Shown here: piece by piece, positions 19,522 to 28,151 of the stretch
How the letters are laid out: each line of letters opens with the position of its first letter
Position numbering within the stretch: position 1 is the first letter of the stretch
Virus record (IMG/VR): IMGVR_UViG_3300020280_000006
Location: 1 to 42,935 of that record
From: a virus
Taxonomy: Duplodnaviria; Caudoviricetes
Direction: 5' to 3' (one strand)
DNA length: 42,935 nucleotides
Translations under genes and position numbers: made by a program
Notes under the pieces: generated by a model
The model's database searches: none
The model's input: the letters and a program-made list of their open reading frames with translations, nothing else
Told to the model about the DNA's origin: nothing

Positions 19522-21297
19522 TTATCCTCCAAAAGCACCTGCAATACTAGGTTGTTGTCCCATCATTTGTTGTTGCATTTGTTGTTGTATCATCATTTGT
19601 TGCTCAGGTGTCATTTGTGGTTCTTGTGGTGTGTAAAATTGTTTCATAATTTCTGTTATAGCAGTTGGATATTCATAAATAGCTATAGCAGCCATTGTAG
19701 CTGCAGGGTCACCTTGTGCAGACCTAGCTAATATAGAATCAAATAATACACTTTCTGCTTTGTTTTTACGTATACGTTCCTGTACTTTAGCTATGTTTTC
19801 TAAACCATCGATATTGTCTTGTAAAGTTTCTACGTCTATAACACCTGCTTGCAATAATTGCAACCCAGTTACAATTTTTTGTGGTTCATCAAAACCAGCC
19901 ATAACACCATAAATACGTCTGGTTCTAAAATCTCCACCAATATCTTGTAATACATTGTAGTTTTCGCTAAATGCAGCACCATTAAGAAAACCTGCCATAG
20001 GTTTTTTTGTTGCATTCATTGTGTAAGATAACACAACATCTAGTTCTAATCTCTTAGCATCCATTTGAACTAAACCTTGTTTAATAATATCTCTATATTC
20101 AGATATCATTAATGACATAGTACTGTTTAATTCTGACAAGCCAGCACCAGTTACAAATGAATTTGGAGACTGTGAGTCATCGGTTACTGGGTAGCCACCG
20201 ACCATTCGCAACTGACGCTCTAACCTGTCAATTTGTTGAAATAATTGATAAGGAATATTATTCATTGGTTTAGAAACTTGTGTACCAGGAGCTAGATAAT
20301 TAACCGCAAATCTGCCTTTTCTGTATTGTCCGGACTCTATCTCTCCTGATATGTTAGTTTCTGTAAACACAGAATCTTCCATTGCTATTGCTGACATAAT
20401 GTTTATCTTTGCCATCATTGCCATCAAACCTATTACGTGGTCATATTGTCCTTTTAGTTGGTCAAAAGACACACGTTTCATAAATACAAAAGGAGGTGAT
20501 GATAGTACGTTAGGTATAAAGTCTAAAATCATATTACGTTCTGGAAATACTACATAAGTACCTCCTTGGTCGTAATATTCAATAATTCTTACACCTGAGT
20601 ATGTATTATCTTCCCAAGCTTGTTCTCTATTGTTTTCGTATGATAAAAATGGAGTAGCAGTATCAGGGGTTGCTTCTTCAGCATCATCATCTTTTTTAAG
20701 TATTTGTTCTGCAAACTCTGGGTATATTTGTGCTAATTTATATCTAGGTACACGTCTTAGTACTGCCATTTCTCTAGGTTGTTGGTCAGGACCAAAATTA
20801 CCTGGAAATGTATCATAAGGGTCACGTAGTTCAGCACTAGGATATATAAAACCGTTCTTATCTTTTTTAGTAGTAATTACCCATGCACAAAAACCATAAC
20901 CAGGTAGCCATCTAGCTGCTTGTTGTAATTGACTTAACAGATTTTGTTTTTCATCATAACTAGTAACAATACGTTCTAGTTTTTCTGCACGCATTTTACT
21001 TCTAGTAGAATCATTTTCATTAGGTACATCTACTCTAACTTGTGGTACTCCAGATACTTTTTGTGCAAGTCGGTCAATACCAGATTGCAACATATTAGGA
21101 GCTGGTAATAAATCGGCATCACTAGTTTCCATAGTGTTACCTAATAAAGCTTTAATACCATCTGCACCACCATTAAGAATTGCTTTAACTCTAGATTTTT
21201 GTACTTGTCTTTCTTGTACTAATTTACCTGATACAAGTTCAGCTGCATTCTTAACTATTTCTTGATATGTTTTAGTATCTAAATTTTCTATCCCCAC
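19522..21297 (-). CDS. Portal protein
   Basis: 591 aa directly after the terminase; podoviral portal-like layout with a Gln/Met-rich C-terminal tail. Confidence 0.75.
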   Translation of the reverse strand: MGIENLDTKTYQEIVKNAAELVSGKLVQERQVQKSRVKAILNGGADGIKALLGNTMETSDADLLPAPNMLQSGIDRLAQKVSGVPQVRVDVPNENDSTRSKMRAEKLERIVTSYDEKQNLLSQLQQAARWLPGYGFCAWVITTKKDKNGFIYPSAELRDPYDTFPGNFGPDQQPREMAVLRRVPRYKLAQIYPEFAEQILKKDDDAEEATPDTATPFLSYENNREQAWEDNTYSGVRIIEYYDQGGTYVVFPERNMILDFIPNVLSSPPFVFMKRVSFDQLKGQYDHVIGLMAMMAKINIMSAIAMEDSVFTETNISGEIESGQYRKGRFAVNYLAPGTQVSKPMNNIPYQLFQQIDRLERQLRMVGGYPVTDDSQSPNSFVTGAGLSELNSTMSLMISEYRDIIKQGLVQMDAKRLELDVVLSYTMNATKKPMAGFLNGAAFSENYNVLQDIGGDFRTRRIYGVMAGFDEPQKIVTGLQLLQAGVIDVETLQDNIDGLENIAKVQERIRKNKAESVLFDSILARSAQGDPAATMAAIAIYEYPTAITEIMKQFYTPQEPQMTPEQQMMIQQQMQQQMMGQQPSIAGAFGG

Positions 21298-23201
21298 GGT
21301 GCCTCATTCATTTCTGTAATCTTATAATCTCCATAACTAGGATTGTAGTCTAATCCTACATCAGCAGCATGCTCTTTTTGCATACGCCTAAAAACTTTCA
21401 TTGGAAACCAACTAGCCATAACTATATCGGTTTTCTCTTTGTTTCTTTTAGAAACAGGTTTTCCATCAAAGTATAACAGTTGTTGTCTATATTTCTGTAC
21501 TTTTGTATTAGATTCTCCATCACCAGTAGGCAAGTGTATTCTTCTATCTTCAAACAAATCAGCCATAGCTCCAACACCATACAATGGGTCATGTTTGTTT
21601 TTACCTGTTAAGTGTCCTTGTACTGTTATACCTGTACGTAAAGTAAATTCTTTTATAGCTGCATCTTGTCGTATAGCAGATTGAAAACCGTTTTCTTCTA
21701 CTATCCAATGTCTACAATCGTACTCTTGTAACCATATAGCCATTTGGTCTAGTGCAGCTCTAATACCACCACCACGTTTATTTTCTAGGTCAACTAAATA
21801 AAGCTCACCTCTGTACTGGTCTATACCCCACAATACACTTGCTTGGTAGCCACTTGATGCAGGGTCTAGTCCAGCAACTAAATATAAATTTTTATATACT
21901 TGTCCTAATACTAAATCACTACGCATACATTGGTCAATTATGTTCATAGTAAATATTTGTGTACCTTCTACATATGCTTGATTGTAATAAACCATTTCAA
22001 ATGTTTGTCTACCACCTGTAGATTCAGCAGAATGTAATCTTGATTGTAACCATTTAAAAGTTCTTTTATTAGGCCATAACATACAATCAACATGTTCTTC
22101 TACATAATGTTCTGGTACATTGCAATCTAATGCATGTGCTGTTTCTACTATGCTTGTAAAGTTATCTGATTCAAGTAAATGATTATATAAATCATCAGGG
22201 TGCTGTCTTGAACCAATTACTACTACAGCAGTATGTTCTTCTTTACGAGATGACAAAGTTGTTGTCCACCATTGTCTTGTAGATTCTCTTGCACCAGGTT
22301 GCATAGTAGTTTGGTGGTCTTCAATATCGTCAGCAATAATTAAATCACAGTCACGAGATAATATCTTTCCACCTTTACCTACAGCAACCATAGTAGGTGA
22401 CTTAATACCTGCAACAGTTCTAGTACCTACAGTAAATTGATTTTGTGACCAGTTTTTACCTGACCTATTGTCTGGTTTAAAAGATTGTCCAGGCATACAA
22501 AAGTCTTCTCTAAGTTCTTCATTAGTATCTAATACATCAAGTACAGCAGATAATGCGTTCTTAGCAATGTCTTCGTTACCACCTACCCACATAATACGTA
22601 CATTAGGGTTTTTACATATTTGATATACAGCAAAGTGTATCAACAATTCAGTCTTTCCATGACGTGGGGGTGACAGTATTAGTAGTTCTTTACCGTTATC
22701 AATACTATCAATAATGTTATTTATCCAGTTAGTATGAAAATCTGCGGTGTCATAATGTTGTCCTAGTTCTGTTCTAAAGTATTTGTGTCGGAAGTCGGAA
22801 AAATTTTCTAATGCTTGTTCTGCTTCTTCTGATAATTTCCAATCTTCTGCTAATATTTCGTTTCTACTGTCTACCTTAAAGGCAGCAAGCATGCGACTAA
22901 CAGTAGCAGGTGTGCAACCAAGGAGGGAAGCCGCATCTGCTACTGTCATGTCGCCAGTTGCAACTGCTTCGGCTATACCTTCACTTACGAAAGCTCGGTA
23001 ATTCTGTCCTCTGCGTACAGAGGCGTAATCGCCTGTATCTGCATTATACTCTTTATTTATGGGCTTGGTGTCCACTTTGTCATTATGTCGCTTGTCACGT
23101 GCAAATTGACGCTTCTGGCACGTTCCTGAGCAGAATTTACGTTGTCTACCCTTTAATTTTTTCCTACATCCTTCAGCTATGCATATGATGTTATTGGTCA
23201 C
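21288..23201 (-). CDS. terL: Terminase large subunit with N-terminal Zn-finger and HTH
   Basis: Walker A SPPRHGKT, Walker B LIIADD, motif III IGSR, nuclease motifs GLDPA / VEENGFQ / TDIVMA; N-terminal CIAEGC...FCSGTC and MTVADAASLLGCTPATVSRML. Confidence 0.9.
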   Translation of the reverse strand: MTNNIICIAEGCRKKLKGRQRKFCSGTCQKRQFARDKRHNDKVDTKPINKEYNADTGDYASVRRGQNYRAFVSEGIAEAVATGDMTVADAASLLGCTPATVSRMLAAFKVDSRNEILAEDWKLSEEAEQALENFSDFRHKYFRTELGQHYDTADFHTNWINNIIDSIDNGKELLILSPPRHGKTELLIHFAVYQICKNPNVRIMWVGGNEDIAKNALSAVLDVLDTNEELREDFCMPGQSFKPDNRSGKNWSQNQFTVGTRTVAGIKSPTMVAVGKGGKILSRDCDLIIADDIEDHQTTMQPGARESTRQWWTTTLSSRKEEHTAVVVIGSRQHPDDLYNHLLESDNFTSIVETAHALDCNVPEHYVEEHVDCMLWPNKRTFKWLQSRLHSAESTGGRQTFEMVYYNQAYVEGTQIFTMNIIDQCMRSDLVLGQVYKNLYLVAGLDPASSGYQASVLWGIDQYRGELYLVDLENKRGGGIRAALDQMAIWLQEYDCRHWIVEENGFQSAIRQDAAIKEFTLRTGITVQGHLTGKNKHDPLYGVGAMADLFEDRRIHLPTGDGESNTKVQKYRQQLLYFDGKPVSKRNKEKTDIVMASWFPMKVFRRMQKEHAADVGLDYNPSYGDYKITEMNEAPWG

Positions 23202-23238
23202 TTTTAACTAACTTTCTGTAGATGTTTGTATAGTGAGA

Positions 23239-23253
23239 ATTATATGCTATAGT
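23239..23253. promoter_or_regulatory. Adjacent divergent -10 elements
   Basis: Minus-strand TATAAT at 23239-23244 toward terL; plus-strand TGC-TATAGT at 23245-23253. Confidence 0.4.
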
Positions 23254-23259
23254 CACCTT

Positions 23260-23470
23260 AAATACAAACATTAAACACAAGTATTTTGTTACAAGTAAAG
23301 TAGTGACCGGGACACTGAAAGCTGCTGACACGTAAGAGTGTACACTAGAAAGACAAAAGCAGTACTCAAGGACATAAAAAAAGGTTTAATTATACACACT
23401 AAAGACAATGCCCGCTCACGTCTAAAAGCCTTATACTGACTGGGGTTTCTCTACTGACTACGGAAGTTAC
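23260..23470 (+). ncRNA. Candidate structured RNA
   Basis: GTGA-C-CGGG pairs with CCCG-C-TCAC; also CTGCT/AGCAG, ACAC-GTAAGA-GTGT, and AAGCCTTA/TGGGGTTT (G-U pairs only on the + strand). TACTGACT occurs twice. Confidence 0.4.
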
Positions 23471-23512
23471 CAACTATTTTTTTAACACTTACGTATAATA
23501 TTAGTAACACCC

Positions 23513-23744
23513 TGATTAACATTAGGTAGTCAAACTGTATATGTCATCCGATTTCAGTATCCTTATACAGAATAAAATTCTGTATACTGAAATCTGATGT
23601 CATTTAGATACAGTTTGAACAGTATCAAGGATACTGTAGTTATTTCTGATACCGATATACGGTAGTTTAATCTGAACATTAAATCAGAAATAACTTCCGA
23701 ATGTTAATCACAGTAGCAAAGCTACTGGTTATCGTTCCGATAAC
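23513..23744. repeat. Nested multi-branch inverted-repeat cluster
   Basis: Arm pairs 23513-23/23700-10, 23530-40/23608-18, 23550-60/23584-94 and 23638-50/23683-95, plus triloop hairpins at 23619-37, 23711-27 and 23728-44. Confidence 0.85.
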
Positions 23745-23885
23745 AACTCTGTGATATTCACGTAGTCTTGGGTACCATCATCCTTATGTAAGACGCCTTA
23801 CCCCGCGCTATCGTGATTTTAACCTTTCTCAAATGGTTCAGCATAGTGCAATATATCTCTTACCTCTCATAACTCTAGTCCCTTC

Positions 23886-23914
23886 CGACAGAACTCTTTA
23901 TGAGTTCTCTGTCG
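23886..23914 (+). promoter_or_regulatory. Stem-bulge-loop element, copy 1
   Basis: CGACAGA-A-CTC-TTTAT-GAG-TTC-TCTGTCG, inside a longer helix (about 23852-23951) that reaches the ATG. Confidence 0.7.
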
Positions 23915-23949
23915 AAAGATGACAGAGTTAATAGAGAGGATAAAGAGAT

Positions 23950-24144
23950 ATGAATTGCTTACTATGCGAAAAACCATTCGATAAGAAAGGTTCTAAAATC
24001 CACGATTTAGCGTGGGACAGTAAGGCTAAGTCTTACCGAAAGGATGAGAATGGTAACCCAAAGACATACGTGATAAATATTCACAGAGATTGTTATTGGG
24101 AACGCTATAACGCAAGCAAAGCTACTGAAGGGAGTGTCGCATAG
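23950..24144 (+). CDS. Small putative Zn-binding early protein
   Basis: CLLC...HRDC; GAGGA RBS. Confidence 0.65.
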   Translation: MNCLLCEKPFDKKGSKIHDLAWDSKAKSYRKDENGNPKTYVINIHRDCYWERYNASKATEGSVA

Positions 24145-24156
24145 CGACACCCCTTC
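24127..24156 (+). repeat. Hairpin capped by a stop codon, copy 1
   Basis: GAAGGG-A-GTGTCGC-ATA-GCGACAC-CCCTTC. Confidence 0.75.
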
Positions 24157-24167
24157 GGGGTTACTAA

Positions 24168-24410
24168 ATGTCTGAACAAGACAAGACTGGCGCAACTATG
24201 AAAATAATTGAATGCGGATACTGTAAATTAGATGTCGATATAAACGATAGACATCCTGAATACTTACGAAGTAAAGGGATATCTATACCATTATATCTGC
24301 ATCGCAGCTGTGCATCTAAGATAAATAACTTAGGCGAAAATGTATGGCATTTTCACAAGTTATCTACGACATATAAAGTTAAGCAGAATACTACTGGAAA
24401 GTTATTCTAA
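24168..24410 (+). CDS. Small putative Zn-binding early protein
   Basis: CGYC...HRSC; contains SIPLYL, also present in 24754..25083. Confidence 0.6.
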   Translation: MSEQDKTGATMKIIECGYCKLDVDINDRHPEYLRSKGISIPLYLHRSCASKINNLGENVWHFHKLSTTYKVKQNTTGKLF

Positions 24411-24422
24411 GAAAGGAACGAT

Positions 24423-24590
24423 ATGAATATCGAAGAAATTAAAAATGCATTAGATGTAATGGAACGAACATTACATCCTGATGATTACAAGTTGCTTGTT
24501 GACGGTGTCAGCCAAGCAGTACGTAATCACAGACAGAATCAAAAGGATGACCAAATATCTGATGATTTAGTAGAGTTGGGTATCGCTTAG
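24423..24590 (+). CDS. Small hypothetical protein, 55 aa (MNIEEIKNALDVM...)
   Basis: GAAAGGAA RBS; manual translation. Confidence 0.7.
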   Translation: MNIEEIKNALDVMERTLHPDDYKLLVDGVSQAVRNHRQNQKDDQISDDLVELGIA

Positions 24591-24604
24591 GCGATACTCA
24601 CTCT
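24572..24604 (+). repeat. Hairpin capped by a stop codon, copy 2
   Basis: AGAG-T-TGGGTATCGC-TTAG-GCGATACTCA-CTCT. Confidence 0.75.
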
Positions 24605-24668
24605 GGTATCTAAGGTATCCGAAATAAAATAACTGGCGTAATTAGAAAGAACAAGGGATATTTATCGT

Positions 24669-24703
24669 TCTCTCTCTCTTCTCTTATGGATACGAGAGAG
24701 AGA
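24669..24703 (+). promoter_or_regulatory. Stem-bulge-loop element, copy 2
   Basis: TCTCTCTCTC-T-TCT-CTTAT-GGA-TAC-GAGAGAGAGA, with outer arms AAGAACAAG/CTTGTTCTT. Confidence 0.65.
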
Positions 24704-24753
24704 TTTATTCTCTTGTTCTTAGTAATTATGTAATAAAAAGTAAGAAAGGATAT

Positions 24754-25083
24754 GTGATTACATTGGCAAAAGAAATGTCACCGGTAGTCTGCGGTATAAC
24801 AGGCAACGTATTAACAGAATGGAACCAAAGAACATTCATCAATAGATATATTGATGGTAAGTTGCAATCGATTCCATTATATCTTGATGTTAATGAGGTA
24901 TTAAAACTTCATAAGCAATCTGCGACATACTTGGAACGCAAAGCTGCACAAGCACAAGATAACCAAGCTGTCTATAACAAAGGTATCAAACAAGATACTG
25001 AAGTTAATGAGACTACTACAGATACTGAGGAAGGAAACGTTCCAGCTACTCCGGCTGTAAACGTTGGTTCTGTAGAACAATAA
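24754..25083 (+). CDS. Hypothetical early protein with acidic disordered tail
   Basis: GAAAGGA RBS, GTG start. Confidence 0.7.
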   Translation: MITLAKEMSPVVCGITGNVLTEWNQRTFINRYIDGKLQSIPLYLDVNEVLKLHKQSATYLERKAAQAQDNQAVYNKGIKQDTEVNETTTDTEEGNVPATPAVNVGSVEQ

Positions 25084-25099
25084 TACGGAGTAATAGCTT

Positions 25100-25124
25100 G
25101 CAGTCTATATTCAGTATAGACTGC
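25100..25124 (+). repeat. Intergenic hairpin (terminator/processing site candidate)
   Basis: GCAGTCTATA-TTCAG-TATAGACTGC. Confidence 0.6.
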
Positions 25125-25163
25125 TGGGTATTTAATACCAATTAAAATAATGAAGGGATTATA

Positions 25164-25409
25164 ATGAAAGTAATTGATAAAATATATGACGCAGTAAATG
25201 GCGACAAATATGTTATTGAAACTAAACAGTGTTGGCATTGTGGTAAAACAGGTAAGGTAGAAATATTTACACAAGAAATGTTCTTCCTTAATCAAGGTTA
25301 TCACGTTCAAGAAGCTGTTAAATCATTGAATAGAGATTACAGAGAAATGTTGGTAACAGGTATACATCCAAACTGTTGGATAGAAATGTTCGGAAATGAG
25401 GAGGAATAA
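25164..25409 (+). CDS. Small Zn-binding phage protein
   Basis: CWHCGKTG...REMLVTGIHPNCW; resembles small actinophage proteins (from memory). Confidence 0.7.
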   Translation: MKVIDKIYDAVNGDKYVIETKQCWHCGKTGKVEIFTQEMFFLNQGYHVQEAVKSLNRDYREMLVTGIHPNCWIEMFGNEEE

Positions 25410-25558
25410 TGGTTGACCAAGAACATCTAGTAAAAATAACTGGCGCACTTAAAACAATATCAGAGGCCTTACAAGTATTAGATAAACGTGTAAGAAATAA
25501 TACTGAATTAATTAGGTTACTAGCTGGTATAGACAAACCAAGTGAAGAAGAAGAATAA
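25409..25558 (+). CDS. Small coiled-coil protein, 49 aa
   Basis: GAGGAGGAA-TAATG coupling; manual translation. Confidence 0.7.
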   Translation: MVDQEHLVKITGALKTISEALQVLDKRVRNNTELIRLLAGIDKPSEEEE

Positions 25559-25671
25559 TGCCTACATATAAAATAAATGTTAGATTTGAAGCAGAGGATT
25601 GGGATGACGCTGTGAATGTTGTACATTCAATGTATGTAAAAGATTGGATATCAGACATGGAGGAAGAATGA
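25558..25671 (+). CDS. Small hypothetical protein, 37 aa (MPTYKINVRFEAEDWDDA...)
   Basis: TAATG-coupled upstream, ATGA-coupled downstream. Confidence 0.65.
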   Translation: MPTYKINVRFEAEDWDDAVNVVHSMYVKDWISDMEEE

Positions 25672-25862
25672 GTAACATACAATATGTTAAACAACTTTTA
25701 GATAGAGATGAAGAAATCTGTGTACATACAAGTGGTATAAATGATTTAAGAAAAATTATTGCATTTCTTAAAACAAAAGATAATACAATTTTTGCTACAA
25801 ATTGTGAATGTGGATTAGTAACAAGAAAACATAAATCATATGTTAAAGATTGGGCTATTTAA
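25668..25862 (+). CDS. Hypothetical protein (start revised from 25644)
   Basis: GGAGG RBS and ATGA overlap at 25668. Confidence 0.65.
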   Translation: MSNIQYVKQLLDRDEEICVHTSGINDLRKIIAFLKTKDNTIFATNCECGLVTRKHKSYVKDWAI

Positions 25863-25872
25863 AGGAGGAACA

Positions 25873-25959
25873 ATGTCACATCCAGTACCAGGTATGGATT
25901 ATTATTGCGAGTATTGTAAGAAACTAATAGAAGAACCTATACATTCTTGCGATATCTAA
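25873..25959 (+). CDS. 28-aa putative Zn-finger micro-protein
   Basis: AAAGGAGG RBS; MSHPVPGMDYYCEYCKKLIEEPIHSCDI. Confidence 0.65.
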   Translation: MSHPVPGMDYYCEYCKKLIEEPIHSCDI

Positions 25960-25973
25960 AGAACATTATTGGC

Positions 25974-26010
25974 GTGTTTGTCTTTCTCTTTATGAGTTCA
26001 AGACAAACAC
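25974..26010 (+). promoter_or_regulatory. Stem-bulge-loop element, copy 3
   Basis: GTGTTTGTCTT-T-CTC-TTTAT-GAG-TTC-AAGACAAACAC, then an AAGGGA RBS. Confidence 0.8.
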
Positions 26011-26027
26011 TTTAAGAAGGGAATACA

Positions 26028-26249
26028 ATGGACGAAGTATATGATAAGTTAGACAGCTTAGATGCTGAACAGTTAAAGACTGTAATTAGATGGACACTAA
26101 CTGATTTACATAAAGCTGCTAACTCAACTAACTATAAAAAGTTAGATGACAAAGTAAAAGGATGGTGTGCAATGCTTGAAGAAGCAGTGATACACCAGAT
26201 AAACAAAGCATACAAAGCTAACGATAGCTGGTATGAGGAGGGTAAATGA
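26028..26249 (+). CDS. Hypothetical helical protein
   Basis: ORF with AAGGGA RBS. Confidence 0.7.
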   Translation: MDEVYDKLDSLDAEQLKTVIRWTLTDLHKAANSTNYKKLDDKVKGWCAMLEEAVIHQINKAYKANDSWYEEGK

Positions 26250-26500
26250 ATATAAATACAGCTATAAAAATGATAGACAAAAAGATAAGTTTAATAGCAG
26301 ATATTCAAATGGTCATTGTTGATTATCTTGGTAATCAAGACAAAGAATTTAGAACAAATTTTGTAATGACTGCATTAACTAATGATGCACTTAGAGATGA
26401 TTTTACAAAGTTCTTAAATCAAACAGAAACAGATGACAATATTAAAATACAAATGACAGAAATAAATGAAATGTTTTTGTCTATGAAAGAGGAGGAATAA
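26246..26500 (+). CDS. Hypothetical protein
   Basis: ATGA overlap, GGAGG RBS. Confidence 0.7.
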   Translation: MNINTAIKMIDKKISLIADIQMVIVDYLGNQDKEFRTNFVMTALTNDALRDDFTKFLNQTETDDNIKIQMTEINEMFLSMKEEE

Positions 26501-27129
26501 TGCCTAACTGGACAGATAACAAAGTAGTAATCAGAGGGACAGCAGAAAATGTAAAACGTTTTATGAATGACATAACAACTTTAGAAGCTAACTCAGATGA
26601 TACACCGAATCAAATATATAACTTAACAGATATTAATCCAGTACCAGACGTGTATAAAAATATGCACAGTGGTGCAAGAGAGATTGATGGTGTTAGATAT
26701 TCAGAATGGTTTGAAGATGATGAAGGTGTAAGACCTTTATTAGATATTAATAAAGAAGAAATCATTAAGAAACATGGATATGCTAACGCAATTGACTGGC
26801 AATATGGTAACTGGGGTACTAAATGGGGAGACTGTGATACAGAAGTACAAAGTGAAACTTATACAGATACACACGGTACAGTTGATATGACATTTGGTAG
26901 TGCTTGGTCGCCACCTTTTATGTTATTAAATGATATTGCAATTAAATATGATTTAGAAATAACTGCTAAATATATTGTTGAGTTTGATGATGATGAGCAT
27001 ATAGATAGATATCCATTATCTTTAAAAGAAACAGATAAGTTATATAAACAACATCGTGAAGGATTAGAAATCATGAGAGACGCAGTTGAAAAAGTAACTA
27101 TTTTTAATATGGAAACAGATAATGAATAA
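26500..27129 (+). CDS. YubB/DUF1281 ferredoxin-like domain protein
   Basis: MPNWTDN...DWQYGNWGTKWG...FGSAWSPP signature. Confidence 0.75.
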   Translation: MPNWTDNKVVIRGTAENVKRFMNDITTLEANSDDTPNQIYNLTDINPVPDVYKNMHSGAREIDGVRYSEWFEDDEGVRPLLDINKEEIIKKHGYANAIDWQYGNWGTKWGDCDTEVQSETYTDTHGTVDMTFGSAWSPPFMLLNDIAIKYDLEITAKYIVEFDDDEHIDRYPLSLKETDKLYKQHREGLEIMRDAVEKVTIFNMETDNE

Positions 27130-27343
27130 TATTATTGAGTTATATTCTCATTGTGTTTTGTGTTATAAAGAATTAGAAGAATTAAATTTCTTTACTAGTC
27201 CACAAAATTATCAGGATATATCAATAGGATTAAGTGCTGACAAAAAGAAAATGCAACTCTGGTGTAATAGACATAATGAAAACATTCATGTATTTGAATT
27301 AGCTGATACGCTTGATGCTTGTTGTGATGATTGTGCGTTATAA
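27122..27343 (+). CDS. Cys-rich hypothetical protein
   Basis: HCVLC...WCNRH...CCDDC. Confidence 0.65.
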   Translation: MNNIIELYSHCVLCYKELEELNFFTSPQNYQDISIGLSADKKKMQLWCNRHNENIHVFELADTLDACCDDCAL

Positions 27344-27375
27344 GAGGATTAGTGGCATCTAATTGAACGCAGCTA

Positions 27376-27508
27376 AAGCTACTTACATTGCTGGTTTCCC
27401 TTTGTACCAGCCGGTTAGACCAAGATGTAGGTAGCTTAGTGTTTATTAGTAAGAGTTAGATTAATACCCTGTTGTTCTAACGACTGAACGTAAGCACTAA
27501 GCTATCTA
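27376..27508 (+). ncRNA. Candidate two-state structured RNA with a pyrimidine-rich loop
   Basis: 27376-88 pairs with 27425-37; 27428-45 pairs with 27491-508. Every non-WC pair is G-U on the + strand. Loop TTCCCTTTGT. Confidence 0.55.
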
Positions 27509-27618
27509 TAAACAATAATACAATGGCGTGCTGTTGTTAAGTTAAGATAGTAAACCATCTGTTGTATCATTTTAAAATAGCTTAACTAGAATATCTACAA
27601 TACACAGATGGCGTAATT

Positions 27619-27659
27619 GTATGTCTGTCTTTTGTCTTATGACTCAAAGACAGACATAC
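27619..27659 (+). promoter_or_regulatory. Stem-bulge-loop element, copy 4
   Basis: GTATGTCTGTCTTT-T-GTC-TTAT-GAC-TC-AAAGACAGACATAC, then an AAGGGAG RBS. Confidence 0.8.
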
Positions 27660-27677
27660 TACTAAAGAAGGGAGTAT

Positions 27678-28151
27678 ATGGAATACTTAGAAGTAAACGA
27701 TGAAGAAATGTTAGAATATCTAATAACTCTTACGTACGTTAATATGCCTGGTACTAAAGGTAAACATAGACACGTAAGAATTATACTCAAAGCTACGGAC
27801 CCAGTACAAGCTATGGTTCGTGCAATGAATATAGATATTGCAAACAAAGCTGAAATGATGACAGACTATATTGGACCTTACCCAGATAAAATGGGACAGA
27901 GTACATTTACAAGGGAAGAGATAGAAGAAATCAGACAGCAAGCTATTGATTCAGGATTATTCCAAGACTGGTTGATAGGTGTTAAACCTACAGCCATCCA
28001 AGTAGTCTTGCAGTCCAAAGTAGATATCATTAACAACATTGCTATTGATGAAGTTATGGAACATTCTACACACATAGGAAGTCAAGCCGAAGACTTTCTT
28101 AAAGAACAAGATAACAATAATGATAAGAAAGGAAGTGACAACGATGAATGA
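27678..28151 (+). CDS. Hypothetical protein
   Basis: 157-aa ORF with RBS; overlaps the AAA gene. Confidence 0.7.
   Translation: MEYLEVNDEEMLEYLITLTYVNMPGTKGKHRHVRIILKATDPVQAMVRAMNIDIANKAEMMTDYIGPYPDKMGQSTFTREEIEEIRQQAIDSGLFQDWLIGVKPTAIQVVLQSKVDIINNIAIDEVMEHSTHIGSQAEDFLKEQDNNNDKKGSDNDE

Noticed and set aside
24142-24632. Programmed TAG readthrough or genome-wide stop recoding
   Set aside because: Readthrough does not join the next gene in frame, and standard-code ORFs already tile the genome densely.
27122-27343. WhiB-family regulator
   Set aside because: Cys spacing does not fit and there is no G(I/V)WGG motif.
23886-27659. Integron cassette array or CRISPR array
   Set aside because: No RYYYAAC/GTTRRRY boxes, no integrase, no cas genes and no constant repeat-spacer period.
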